Shown: piece by piece, positions 1 through 11,194 of the stretch
Position numbering within the stretch: the stretch's first letter is position 1
Layout of the letters: the number at the start of each line of letters is the position of its first letter
NCBI GenBank assembly: GCA_000004985.1
Contig: GG738918.1
DNA: 64,000 nt
DNA from: Naegleria gruberi
Lineage: Eukaryota
Strand: one strand, 5' to 3'
The notes under the pieces: generated by a model
Seen by the model: the letters and a program-made list of their open reading frames with translations, nothing else
The model's database searches: none
Told to the model about the DNA's origin: nothing
Program-made: the position numbers and the translations under genes

Positions 1-276
1 AGAATTTGATTAAAGTGATGGTTTTTGAGCATTTTTATGGAAATTTGGATAACATCTTTGATGAAATTGCAAATTTCTATTGAATAATGTAAATATTATT
101 AATGTGTGAATTAATTTCATTGTAAATGAGAAGAATGAATAGGAAAGCAAGAGAAATTGGAAGGGAAATAGCATACTAAGAATGTCAATGTGGATATCCG
201 AGAAGGCAGATATCTCATTTGGACACGTGACATTCAAACTTCAAAAAAAAAGACCTGACACCATCGTTCATCAATA

Positions 277-2544
277 ATGTCATCACAATTGCGAATGGGA
301 TGCTGTTATTTCATAATGCTTTCCATCATTCTTTTGTATCATCATGTTTATTCGGTGGTGGCTCTTCAAAATTTTGAGACGAAAGTCCAAAGCATTTCTA
401 ATAATTTTCAAGTTATTCCAATAGAGAATTTAAAGGAAGGGAATGTAATTTATGGAGTTGCGGAATATAACTATGTATTCATTAGCAAATCTTTAAATAT
501 AACTAATCTGGAAATGTTACTTTCGTATATGAATACAACAGATAGAACTATTAGAAATTCAGCACCTCTACAATTCGGAATGGAAAGAAGTTTAACTCAA
601 TTAGTGGAAACATACTTTTACTATCAAAACATCTCATCCTATTCGATTTCTTTCATTTCATTTGCTCCACTAATTTGCAGAACTAGAAATCCATTCGAAA
701 TATTAAGTGGAATCATTACAAGTGAAAGCAGCTTTGCAGAACAAGTTAGATGCTACCGAGATAGAGTGAATACTCAAGAATCTACTCGATATATCAATTC
801 GAGAGATTTCATTCCAATACCTTTATTCCCAAATAAGGTAATTATTGGAAGAAATGTTTCAACTAGTAGTGAAATTAGTCAATATTCGGAAAGTGATTTG
901 AATTCTCTTGAAGTGAGCATACTCCCATTGACATTGGATTATGAAAAAAGTGGTTGCAAGAGCAATCCTCAAAAATTTGATGCACTGAGAATTTCACTCA
1001 CTCGTGGAATTTCAAATTTCACCAATTTTGATTTGGAATGGATGAAAAATGTGGCTGGTGTGAAGGAGTTGAATTATGATAGATCATTATATGAATATTT
1101 ATTTCAGAGATTTGTGAATCGAAATAATTTACAAAATTTAACAAATAGTATTGAAATTTCACAAAGTTTACTTTCTTCTGATTGCTATTATTGTAATTTT
1201 GGATCTTTTGGAGATCCGAGAGAAACATTGACTGATTTGTGGATTATTCCAATAGCTGTGCTTACATTGGTGTATTTTATTTTATTATTTGCTACAAAGA
1301 GTTATTCGAAACCTTATCTTCAAAGAAGATTGGTAGTACCTTACCTGTTGCCTATTTGTAATTTACTATTTGAGGCTCTATCAGTGGATTCTCTATTGGT
1401 TCTGGTTTACAATTGTGAACCGAAATATTTGTTGATTTCTGTATTCTTTGGAATTATCATGATTTTCCTTTACATGATAACAGTTATTCGATTCTATTAT
1501 TTGAGAAACCTTTACAAAATTGTATCAGATTCTAAATTTTACAAAGTTCACAAATATTTAACCTCTACATCATTTGGAATTGGTTTCACACTCATAATGT
1601 CAGCTCTCTTAACAATCATTTTCATGGTTCCTGTATTTGCAACATTGAGCTTTGAGACTAACATTATTTATATTTCTCAAAATGTGACAAATGCAAGTTA
1701 TGTGGTCATTGGAAGTGCATTTGCGTTGGCTGCTAGTGTTGTTGATGCAATTTTGAACAGAAAAAAGATTTCCAAAAATGGAATACTCTATTATTTATTT
1801 GCAGATGATCCTCTTTATGTGAGAATTGACTTGTTTTTGACTGGTATTATCATTATTATCATTCTACTCACAATTGTCTTCCAATTATTCGAATTGCTAT
1901 ATTTGGTGGGAGTTGTTAGAACTCTAGTTACAATAATGGCTCTAATGATAAGTGGAGGAACAGCAATTATAGCAGAAATGATAAGAAGATTCGTATATAG
2001 AAATAGAAAGATAACAGAGAATGATTCAGATTTGGAAAAACATCTTTCTCAAAGCAGCGACTTTTTTGAGCTATTCCAAGAATATGCATCGAAAGAGTTT
2101 AGTTTGGAGAATATCATGTTCTTTGATATTATTCACGAAATCAAAACCGAATATGTAACAGTGGAAACTATGAAACACATTGAGGAAAACTTTATGAGAA
2201 ATTATTCCAAATATGAGGTGAATATTTCCTTTTCTTCTAGGAGAAAGTTTTACGAATTGTTTGATACAATGGAATTCAAAGTAGACAAAATGGAAGTATC
2301 AAGTTCAGAAATGAATTTATTGAGTGGTAGAGCTTCTATGAAATTATCAACATCAGACATGTCTCAATTGAGTATTACAGAATCTAAGAAATCATCTAAT
2401 ATCACTCTAAAGCAATTGAAAGATGCAGTCTATATGGACATTATCGGAAATATGAAAGATACCTACGGAAGATTACAATTAACACCACAATTTGCCAAAT
2501 GGGAATCAGTTTACAATTTACAAAATAAGGCAGCAATTATTTAA
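277..2544 (+). CDS. Receptor-like protein: signal peptide, ~300 aa N-glycosylation-rich ectodomain, 7 predicted TM helices, C-terminal RGS domain (7TM-RGS)
   Basis: 755 aa uninterrupted ORF. It has an N-terminal hydrophobic signal, a cluster of hydrophobic helices at roughly aa 325-570, and an RGS-box-like segment FFELFQEYASKEFSLENIMFFDIIHEIK. Architecture is analogous to plant RGS1 and fungal GprK-type 7TM-RGS proteins. Confidence 0.65.
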   Translation: MSSQLRMGCCYFIMLSIILLYHHVYSVVALQNFETKVQSISNNFQVIPIENLKEGNVIYGVAEYNYVFISKSLNITNLEMLLSYMNTTDRTIRNSAPLQFGMERSLTQLVETYFYYQNISSYSISFISFAPLICRTRNPFEILSGIITSESSFAEQVRCYRDRVNTQESTRYINSRDFIPIPLFPNKVIIGRNVSTSSEISQYSESDLNSLEVSILPLTLDYEKSGCKSNPQKFDALRISLTRGISNFTNFDLEWMKNVAGVKELNYDRSLYEYLFQRFVNRNNLQNLTNSIEISQSLLSSDCYYCNFGSFGDPRETLTDLWIIPIAVLTLVYFILLFATKSYSKPYLQRRLVVPYLLPICNLLFEALSVDSLLVLVYNCEPKYLLISVFFGIIMIFLYMITVIRFYYLRNLYKIVSDSKFYKVHKYLTSTSFGIGFTLIMSALLTIIFMVPVFATLSFETNIIYISQNVTNASYVVIGSAFALAASVVDAILNRKKISKNGILYYLFADDPLYVRIDLFLTGIIIIIILLTIVFQLFELLYLVGVVRTLVTIMALMISGGTAIIAEMIRRFVYRNRKITENDSDLEKHLSQSSDFFELFQEYASKEFSLENIMFFDIIHEIKTEYVTVETMKHIEENFMRNYSKYEVNISFSSRRKFYELFDTMEFKVDKMEVSSSEMNLLSGRASMKLSTSDMSQLSITESKKSSNITLKQLKDAVYMDIIGNMKDTYGRLQLTPQFAKWESVYNLQNKAAII

Positions 2545-2547
2545 AAA

Positions 2548-3935
2548 ATGAATGAAGAAGAAACAAGCCCAACCGTCCTATCATTTGATCCATCATCTTG
2601 TGATCAAAAAGTTGCTTTAAGCTTGCTGAATCAGCAAGATGATTTAATGATTAGTGTATTTGAGTTTTTCTTTGGATCGGAAATATTAATACAAATAAGA
2701 TTGGTGTGTAAAGAGTGGTATCAATTATCTACAAAGGTTCCTCTCTATTTTCATTCATCTCCTCCCGATTATGATTTGGATACATTGGCTCTCTGTGAAC
2801 ATCTTACCCATCAAAATGAATTTACAAATATTGCATCAATTATTTGTTGTTCGCATCATTGGGGTAAGTAATCACATAAATTTTAATATATTTATGCAGG
2901 ACATGTATAATTGATTTAATTGATTGATATTTATTAGGAGAGATGAATGAGGAGAAGATGCAAATATTTTCACATCCACATTGCTCCAGAATGAAACGAT
3001 TAATTATTGGTCTGCAAGATTTAAAGATCTTTAATTCTAATCTCTCTAATTTGACTGATCTTGACCTGTACGAAACAAATTTAGATATGGAAGGCATAGA
3101 TAAATTGATTCAATTGAAACATTTGACTAGATTGAACATTCAATATAGTTCTGCCGATAGTTGTGAACCAATACTTGCAATGTTTGCAAATACTAATTGG
3201 AAAAAATTGAAATCACTAAACTTGCTTGCATTAATAGTGAAAGAGAAAAAAGTGCCATTAATCAAAGACGTTGAAATTGTTCCCTGTGGATTCAAACCAG
3301 AGCTAGAAAAGCTGGTCCTTGCAGAAAGTCAAATCTCTGGAAATTTGCTTAAACATCTTCTTAATTGTGAGATTCTATCAAATTTACAAATCTTGGACTT
3401 GAGCTACTTGTGCTTTGTATACAGCAATTCATCTATTCATAATTTAGATGGAGTACTTGCAATTGCCAACTCTAAATGCTTGAAAAATTTGAGGATTTTA
3501 AAATTGTATCAATCTTATATGGACAGTGATTGTATTAAACTAATTGCTGAGAGAGGATGTCAGACACTTCCTAATCTTCAATCATTGGATTTGCGAATGG
3601 GCCAACTTGGAGATGAATCATTTGAGAAAATTATGGAATATGAATTTATGCAAAATTTGGAATTATTATTTGTCATGTTGAGTGCAGAAAATAACAATTC
3701 TTACTTTTTGACCACTGTTTCTGCAAAGGCAATACTAAAGAATTCAAAGAAAATGAAGAAATCTCTATATGAAGCATATGAATATTATGTTCATGTAGGT
3801 GGCATTATTGATATTGAGAGAGATTATCAAAATTATCAAGTGGAAGAAGGTCCAAAATTGTTAGGAGCCATCGTTAATCATGGAAGTGATTGGGACTATG
3901 GTGTTGATGAACTAGAATTGTTATCCGAATCATAG
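2548..3935 (+). CDS. F-box-like / leucine-rich repeat (RNI-type) protein, 2 exons (2548..2863, 2938..3935; intron 2864..2937, phase 1)
   Basis: Exon 1 ends ...HHWG at a gtaagt donor at 2864. Acceptor ttattag at 2937 restores frame into ORF 2943..3935. The F-box-like motif is LMISVFEFFFGSEILIQIRLVCKEWYQLS. LRRs include LQSLDLRMGQLGDESFEKI. Confidence 0.55.
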
Positions 3936-4101
3936 TTTATTCATTTCCAAAAATCAATAATATTATTGAAACTTGTGAACTGATTCATTCCACTTTCGAA
4001 TAATCTTGATTAATGGATACACTAGGATAATGTGGAATTGAAAAATATTCATCTGATAGGATATACTCTTCGAATGGTATCTCCAGAGTGGCAGCATTCT
4101 C

Positions 4102-5199
4102 TCAAACATCAATGCAAACAAGAAATTTTAAAGAGGTTAGTGATGTTAATAATGTGACTCCTTCAGCACCAATTCTATTGTTACCAATATCAAGTGATGT
4201 CAATTGTTTCATTTCACTTATGAATTTGACTCCTTCAGCACCAATTTGATTTGCAGAAGCAGCAAGTGATGTTAATTGTTTAAGTTCACTTATTGATTCA
4301 GCTCCTTTTACACCAATTTGATTCGCAGAAATAGCAAGTGATGTTAATTGTTTAAGTTCACTTATTGATTTGGCTCCTTCATCACCGATTTGATTCGCAG
4401 AAATATAGAGTAATGTTAATTGTTCCAGTTCACTTATTGATTTGGCTCCTTCATCACCAATTTGATTTAGACAAATATCAAGTGATGTTAATTGTTTCAT
4501 TTCACTTATTGAATTAGCTCCTTTTACACCAATTCCATTATAGCATATATCAACTGATGTTAATCGCTTCATTTCACTTATGAATTTGACTCCTTCATCA
4601 CCAATTTGATTTAGACCAATATAAAGTACTGTTAATTGTTTCATTTCACTTATTGATTTGGCTCCTTCGTTACCAAATTTGTTGCTACCAATATTAAGTG
4701 ATGTTAATTGTTTCATTCCACTTATGAAATTGGCTCCTTTATCACCAATTTCATTGTTAGAAATATTAAGTGATGTTAATTGCTTCATTTCACTAATTGA
4801 TTTAGCTCCCTCTACACCAACTTGATTACAATAAATATCAAGTAATGTTAATTGTTTCATTTCACTTATAAATTTGAGTTTTTCTATGGGTTGAAGCAAC
4901 CAACAAGAAAATTTAACATTGACAATACTATTCACGAATTGACTTTTCATGCATAATTCAATTCTTTTTTCTGTAAGATTCTTTTTAAATTGAATGACAA
5001 GTTTTGCTCGTTCCTTGATCACATGAAAGAATTGTTTTGAAATTAGAGAACAATTTTGCAAAATAAAACACGAATCATCAATCATGGAAATGATTTCAAA
5101 ACAAACATCATCCGAAAATATAACATCATTGGAAAATACTTGTCGTTGGAGTTTTTGCAATTTTTGCACAAGATTTTTCTGATTTGGTGCCTCTTTCAA
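4102..5199 (-). CDS. F-box-like N-terminus + RNI-type LRR protein with ~10 tandem 24-aa repeats (EMKQLTSLDIxxNxIGxEGAKxIS)
   Basis: 365 aa ORF. N-terminal FSDDVCFEIISMIDDSCFILQNCSLISKQFF is F-box-like. Near-identical 24-aa repeats follow. It is a paralog of 26436..27599. Confidence 0.7.
   Translation of the reverse strand: MKEAPNQKNLVQKLQKLQRQVFSNDVIFSDDVCFEIISMIDDSCFILQNCSLISKQFFHVIKERAKLVIQFKKNLTEKRIELCMKSQFVNSIVNVKFSCWLLQPIEKLKFISEMKQLTLLDIYCNQVGVEGAKSISEMKQLTSLNISNNEIGDKGANFISGMKQLTSLNIGSNKFGNEGAKSISEMKQLTVLYIGLNQIGDEGVKFISEMKRLTSVDICYNGIGVKGANSISEMKQLTSLDICLNQIGDEGAKSISELEQLTLLYISANQIGDEGAKSISELKQLTSLAISANQIGVKGAESISELKQLTSLAASANQIGAEGVKFISEMKQLTSLDIGNNRIGAEGVTLLTSLTSLKFLVCIDV
4120..4870. 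repeat. 72-bp coding tandem repeats (LRR units) inside gene 4102..5199
   Basis: Repeated ...caattgtttcatttcacttat...ccttcatcaccaatttgatt... units are visible in the DNA at a 72 nt period. Confidence 0.7.
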
Positions 5200-5478
5200 A
5201 GTATTACTGGTGATCTGCAGCCGTATTAATTAATTGGTCATCGTTTTCTTGTCTTTCTAGTTGGCTCATTTTTTTTGAGTTTTTCGCGCGCAAACTTTGT
5301 GGAACATTGTAAAATATTGTAAACTATTGTAAAATCATATTAACAATTATTAAGAACCCTGACTGTACATATTGTAAAAGACAACATGCTACAAACCAAG
5401 TTCATGATGCTAAACTGAAAACAGAAAGATGTCGACTGTCAATGTGTGGTTTCCAAATAGCAAAAAAAATACACCAAG

Positions 5479-7249
5479 ATGAAGTTAGTTTCGCCACTGA
5501 TGAAAAAGTCCATCAATCAATCTCTGCTTCCACACTTGGAGATTCATCTTAGGTGTGCAAAGAATTTACCAGCCATGGATATTGGTGGAAAGAGTGATGG
5601 TTTCGTTGTCTTTTCTATTGGAAACGAAAGTGTAGGTTTTAATTAGATTCCTTGTGTGATGACGTTTGACAATTAGGTAAAATCAACAGTTGTGGAGGCT
5701 AATTTAAATCCAGTTTGGAGTGATAGAATGTTATTGGGTATTCCAAATGGTGATAAATTGACAGTAAGTTTCGTCAAATGTTTCGTATATTAATTCAGTA
5801 CAGAGTTTTGATCAATTAGTTCTAAAAGTTCAAGTTTTTGACAAGGATTTACTCACCAAGAATGATTTAATCTCAGAATTCACTCTCTCATTCAAAGAAT
5901 TCAAAAGTGAAGGTCTCCCATTAGAAAAGATTGTTTCATTACCTGGAACAGAATGTCAAAAAAAGAATAGCACACTTGATTTCTCAATTACTTGTCAAAA
6001 TTTCAATCAAATTGCAAATGCCAACAAACCAATCATTGCCAATCATTATCAAGTGATCATGGAGAAGAAAATTGAAGCAATTCAAGCTAAATTTGAGGAC
6101 AGTAATATTCAATTCATTGGATCCAGAGAGGATATTCAACAACGAATTGAGGCAGCTAAGAAGGAAGATGCTTGGTTCAAGTGTGGAAATAAGGTTGGTC
6201 TATCACCTGGTTTGGAGATTTGGAGAATTGAAAAATTCAAAGTTGTTCCAGTTCCAAAAGAAACCTATGGTCAATTTTATGATGGTATGTTTCGAATAGT
6301 TTGAGGAGATTCTGATAATTGAAAATTTATAGGTGATAGTTATATTATTCTTCATACATACAAGAAGGAAAATGCACTCTATTGGAATATTCACTTTTGG
6401 TTAGGATTAAATACTAGTATTGATGAGATGGGTGTTGCTGCCTATAAAACTGTTGAATTGGATGATTTATTGGGTGGATCTCCAGTTGAGTTCAGAGAAG
6501 TTCAAGGAAATGAGAGTGATGAATTCTTGGCCTTATTCCCAAAGGGCATTCGTATCTTGTCTGGAGGTATGGAAACTGGATTCCGTAATGTGAAACCAGA
6601 AGAATATGAACCACGTCTCTTACAAGTTAAGGGAAAGAAAAACATTAAGGTCACTGAAGTTCCTCTCTTATTTTCCTCACTCAATCAAGGTGATTGTTTC
6701 TTATTGGATGCTGGATTAAAATTATTGCTATGGGAAGGAAGTTCTTGCTCGAATATGGAAAGATTCAAGGTTAATCAATTGGCCCAATCGATTCAATCTG
6801 AAAGAGGAGAGAAACCAGTGCTCATTATTGCAAAGGATAAGGCCAGTTCCAATACTTCTGAATTGACATTCCTATATTCATTACTCAAGGGTGATGAAAA
6901 GGATATCAAGACAGCTCTTGAAGGTGGAAACGATGAAGAAAAGCAATCAGCCAAACTCTCCAAACCTGTCGTTTATAAATTGAGCGACAGCAGTGGCAAG
7001 ATGGAATTCACTAAAATGCAAGGAAATTTCATATTTTCTGATTTGAAGAGTCAGGATGCCTTCATTGTCGATGCAGGATATAAGGTTTTCACATGGATTG
7101 GAAAGGGCTCGAGTCAAAATGAAAGAAAATATGCCAATGACTTTGCTGTGACCTATTTGAGAAATAATGGAAAATCTTTGAGAACTCAAATTAGTAGAGT
7201 AAGTGAAGGAAACGAAACATCAACTTTCCTAGAAGTTTTCAATATTTAA
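5479..7249 (+). CDS. C2-domain + gelsolin/severin-like actin-binding protein, about 4 exons (5479..5631; 5677..5763; approx 5804 or 5829..6284; 6333..7249)
   Basis: The N-terminal exons encode a C2 domain ([32 protein letters not shown] | [29 protein letters not shown] ... [18 protein letters not shown]). The downstream exons encode gelsolin repeats (QFYDG|[24 protein letters not shown]... through ORF 6428..7249). Introns are at 5632..5676 and 6285..6332. The acceptor of intron 2 is ambiguous. Confidence 0.6.
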
Positions 7250-7278
7250 ACCTGTTATAGATTTATAAAAAAGAATAT

Positions 7279-8979
7279 TTACAAGGAGGCGAATACTTTT
7301 CTCACAAAATTTCCATTTACAAACATTGGAGAAGAAGATGAAATATATAATCCATCATATTCTAACTCAAATCTTCTCTGAATCCAAATATTTACAATTC
7401 CTCTATCTTGCCATGCGACATTTTGTTTCCCCTTGTTGGCATGTCTATCTGAAAGATAACCAGAGGAAAGAGCTGCCACTTCTGATAAATCTTCCTTGAT
7501 TGTTGATTTTCCAGATTCCCAATAGTACAGACAATGACCATTTCGTTCCACACACTTTCGAATAAAAAGTGAATCGATTGGAGGAATGAACGAAAGTACT
7601 AATTGAGGATTTTTCTCCACAATATCAAGAACAAACCCTTCATCCTCCATAAATTCATTTTCCAAAGATTTCAACTTTCCAGTGCTTGCATATTTTACAA
7701 TTATCTCCTTATCCTTTTTTAGTCTTTCACTAATGTGAGAAAACATTCCTGGAAAAAGTTCAATATTTTTCATAACGAATTCCTTGTCGTCTCTTAATCT
7801 ATCGGAAGCATACTCAAAATTAATTGATGACTGTTGCATTAAGGCACACGAAACGACCTGTTCGTCATCCCTTAATCTTTCAGAAGTTTCGGATAATCTA
7901 TTCGAGGGAAATTTCAGACATTCCAAAACAAATTCCTTGTCGTCTTTGAGAATTGGTGGTGCATCTCTAAGGGTATGTCTGTAAGTTGTTAAAGAATTCA
8001 ATAAAAATTGTCTTTCCGATCGTAACTCCAAATCTTTGCAAGTTTCGAATGCTTTTGCATCATATTTAACCCATTCCATTCGAAACTCTCTACTTTGCTT
8101 CAAAGATTGTGGTATGAATACCCTTACATTAGGTAACAATTTCAAAACAAATTCTTGATCTATTTTTACCGAATCAGGTAAATATTTAAATAAGGAAGGT
8201 TTCGTTTTCACACCACTCAAAACTAAACTCTTAATATCTTCCACAGAATATTTTAAGAGTTCTTTTCTAACAAGAACTCTTTCAATTATTGAATCACTTG
8301 CATACTGTAGTGTTGTCTTATCTTTTGTAATGGCTCTCAAAACAATCTCTTCATCATTCCTAAATAAATCTTTCGAATATTTCAGAGCTTGGGGATTATG
8401 CTCAATTACAGAAATATGAAAATCTCTATCACAAGGAATAAACCTTAATAGTGAAATATTCTTTTTACAAGCTTTCTTAAGCAATTCAATGTCAAATCCA
8501 TCAATTTTTATCAAGTATCGAATAATTTCTGGATTCAACTCTACCAACCGATTCAATTTTAAATCTTTGGGTATATATTCCTTCTCCTCTTGTTTTTCTC
8601 GTTGTAAAAATCGAAAAGTTTGATAATTTTCTTGAATCGCTCGCTCAATAAATGAAATTTTACATTTCCAAGTTTCGTCCAAACTCGAGAATAAATAATC
8701 AAATTCATGATCACTCTTTCCTCTCAAAAAAAAGAAAACAAACTCTTCATCGGCACCTTCTTTTAACAATAAATGTTTTAACAGAGGAGGATATTTCATC
8801 AAGACATGACAATCCCTCAGAAACTCCACTGGAATCAGATAAATATTCGAATATTTTCCACTCAATATTTCTTCCCGTTTCCGACAATATTTAGTGAAGG
8901 CACTTGTTTGCCGAGTGTATTTTCCCAGCAGTAACTTGGATCTGAAACTCATGTCCAGAAACAAGATGGTTTCGTCCAT
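7279..8979 (-). CDS. DUF4116-like repeat protein (tandem ~35-aa repeats LRDDKEFVxxxL...YAS)
   Basis: 566 aa ORF with repeated xDKEFVLECLK / DEQVVSCALMQQSSINFEYASDRLRDDKEFVMKNIELFP motifs typical of the DUF4116 repeat family. Confidence 0.55.
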   Translation of the reverse strand: MDETILFLDMSFRSKLLLGKYTRQTSAFTKYCRKREEILSGKYSNIYLIPVEFLRDCHVLMKYPPLLKHLLLKEGADEEFVFFFLRGKSDHEFDYLFSSLDETWKCKISFIERAIQENYQTFRFLQREKQEEKEYIPKDLKLNRLVELNPEIIRYLIKIDGFDIELLKKACKKNISLLRFIPCDRDFHISVIEHNPQALKYSKDLFRNDEEIVLRAITKDKTTLQYASDSIIERVLVRKELLKYSVEDIKSLVLSGVKTKPSLFKYLPDSVKIDQEFVLKLLPNVRVFIPQSLKQSREFRMEWVKYDAKAFETCKDLELRSERQFLLNSLTTYRHTLRDAPPILKDDKEFVLECLKFPSNRLSETSERLRDDEQVVSCALMQQSSINFEYASDRLRDDKEFVMKNIELFPGMFSHISERLKKDKEIIVKYASTGKLKSLENEFMEDEGFVLDIVEKNPQLVLSFIPPIDSLFIRKCVERNGHCLYYWESGKSTIKEDLSEVAALSSGYLSDRHANKGKQNVAWQDRGIVNIWIQRRFELEYDGLYISSSSPMFVNGNFVRKVFASL

Positions 8980-9165
8980 TTTTTAATTTTAATTTTTTAT
9001 TGGAATTAAACAATGTCTTGATTATTGATCTGGTTATTATTGGTTGATAATATCTTTTCAAGATGTTGGAATTTTCCTTTTCAAAAAGGATTTTGTTTTC
9101 TTCCAAATATCTGTCACGCAATATTCATCCAATAATTTCCAAAATCCACACTCAAATAAATTCAA

Positions 9166-9638
9166 CTATTTCTTCTCAATTTCAGAAGAAACAACAGTTA
9201 AAGTAGCAGCATTCATAATGCTATCCATTTTCATTCTTGTTTTCTTCTCTGATTGACTTTCTCCTGAAGCATAAAATTCAAACAAGTATCCTTCATAGGC
9301 TTTGTATTTATCCATTGCCTTGTATGATGAAGAAGATGACGAATGAACAGTATCCCTCATCCATGATGGAATTTCATTCATTTGACCTTCGGGAATGATG
9401 TAAATTTCCAAAGCTCCACCTCTATCAATTTTTACATATTGAATGTGATACTCGGGATGAGCATCCTTGCACCGACGTACAAATCCTTCAAGTTTGTTAG
9501 TTTTGTACACCGGTGGCCCACCTATTCACATTAATTATATAATATTAATATATATATATATTAAATAATCACATGTTTAAATATTTAAACAAATTAATGA
9601 ATTTTTGATATTCGTACCTCAGCAAGCAGTTCGTCCAT
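9166..9638 (-). CDS. Hypothetical small protein, 2 exons (9638..9618 MDELLAE; 9521..9166), intron 9522..9617
   Basis: A 7-codon first exon ends at a gtacga donor. The AT-rich 96-bp intron ends aatag. The second exon is the ORF 9166..9510 extended in-frame (GGPPVYKTNKLEGFVRRCKD...). No family recognised. Confidence 0.4.
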
Positions 9639-9837
9639 ATCGGACGAGAACAAGAGGAAATGACTTGAATAAATCATCATCCTCTTGAAAAGTGTTGGAA
9701 GTGGCACTTTGTGACATTTTTTTTAAAGATGTTTTTGAGATCTATTTTAGGAATCTTAATTGATGATTGGTTTTCATTGTAAGCGGCGAAATTATTGACT
9801 TACAATACTTGATAACTAGCATAAGAAAGTAGGTAAA

Positions 9838-10711
9838 TTAGTATTCATCAGGTTCCTGTTCTAAATAACCATCCAAATAGTAAACAAATGGTTGGAAATC
9901 TGAGGCAATTGGCAGTTGACCATAATGATCAAATACTTGATCGTTTGGTAAAGAAACATTAGGATCTAAACATTTACAATAGGATGCACCCTGACCACAC
10001 GAATCTGAAAATATCTTCAAAAGTAAATACACCTTTTCCTTGTCAATGGCAAAACCCTCTAGCTCAGAACTTGAAGCAATAGAACAGTACTTGAAAGAGT
10101 CAAAATTGAATTGATCAACCATTCTTGAAAATCCATCATGAACACAATAAAACTTGGATAATGAGTGTGGTAGTGTCCATTCTCCTTGGTAATCACTCTT
10201 CACTTGCATACCAAATGTTTGAGGATTACAAAACTTGCCTCTCCATAACTCTATCTTTTCCTCAAATTGAGCTACATATAATAATATCCAATTTCCATTC
10301 ATACAGACCACATAGAGATCCTTAATTCTCTCCTGTAATTGTTCCACAATTGGTGGATATTCCAATGGCTGCCAAATTCTAGAAATAATCGATTGGATAT
10401 CATTGGCCTCATCTGATCGAAGATAAATATCAAAAGGTGATGGAATACTTCCAATCTTGGCAAATATCGTCAATTTCCCTCTCTTCCTCAAGAGCCTCTT
10501 CTTGTTGTTGACAAGTTTCTAGACACGATGAAGAAACCATCATGAAATTGAATAAATCTTGAAAGGATAAATATTTGATAATCTCCAATAAACATGGAAG
10601 GATGATATTCAGTGCTGGAGCATGATGTTGTTGTGTTGTTGTTGTTGGTGATGATGTTTTTCTCTTCTTTTGTTGGATAGAAGAATCGGATGATTGTTCT
10701 AATCTCTTCAT
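9838..10711 (-). pseudogene. FBXO3-like F-box + SMI1/KNR4 (SUKH) domain gene with a frame discontinuity near 10430-10491 (frameshift, pseudogene, or unresolved tiny intron)
   Basis: The upstream ORF (10430..10711) carries the F-box LPCLLEIIKYLSFQDLFNFMMVSSSCLETC. The downstream ORF (9838..10491) is in a different frame and encodes a SMI1/KNR4-like segment (WTLPHSLSKFYCVHDGF). The two overlap by about 60 nt and no GT..AG pair restores the frame. Confidence 0.4.
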
Positions 10712-11194
10712 GATATTTTTTTTAATGTTGTTGTTATTAGTATCCAGTATTTACTAGTTTTCTAGTTTGGTGTGGAATAAAACAAGAAAAGACATGGTTC
10801 AATTATTGTTATTTGTTTAAATTTGAAATATATGTAACGGTTTTCTAAAGTGCCAAGAAATCACCTCGCTTATTAACCGTTTAAAAAAAAATTAATAAAA
10901 ATCTCAACAAAATTAATTACTTCCAGTTCATCATGAGTATTATTATTATTTCCAACTAATTTTAAGTTTAATATTATTTTTCAATTTTCATCATGTAACC
11001 CCACAAGAAGGATAACAACAATTCATGACCACCACCTCCAATTCCGGATGTTACCAACAAACATAGCACGATTACTATTTTACCTCATTCCGAAGATATA
11101 AAGTGTTGCTTGGATATTTATCAACACATCAATCGCACACAAGTTTTTGAAGATACACGATGTCAACAGGACGCTAAACAAATATCATCAAAAA

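Noticed and set aside
4120-4870. Regular 72-bp direct repeats (also at 26440..27240) considered as a CRISPR-like array
   Set aside because: The repeats are contiguous with no unique spacers and lie inside long ORFs encoding 24-aa leucine-rich repeats. They are coding LRR units.
6053-6304. ORF track entries 6053..6304 and 6072..6299 treated as separate genes
   Set aside because: 6053..6304 is the end of the third exon of the C2-gelsolin gene, running through the gtatgt donor at 6285 into intron sequence. 6072..6299 is an off-frame overlap.
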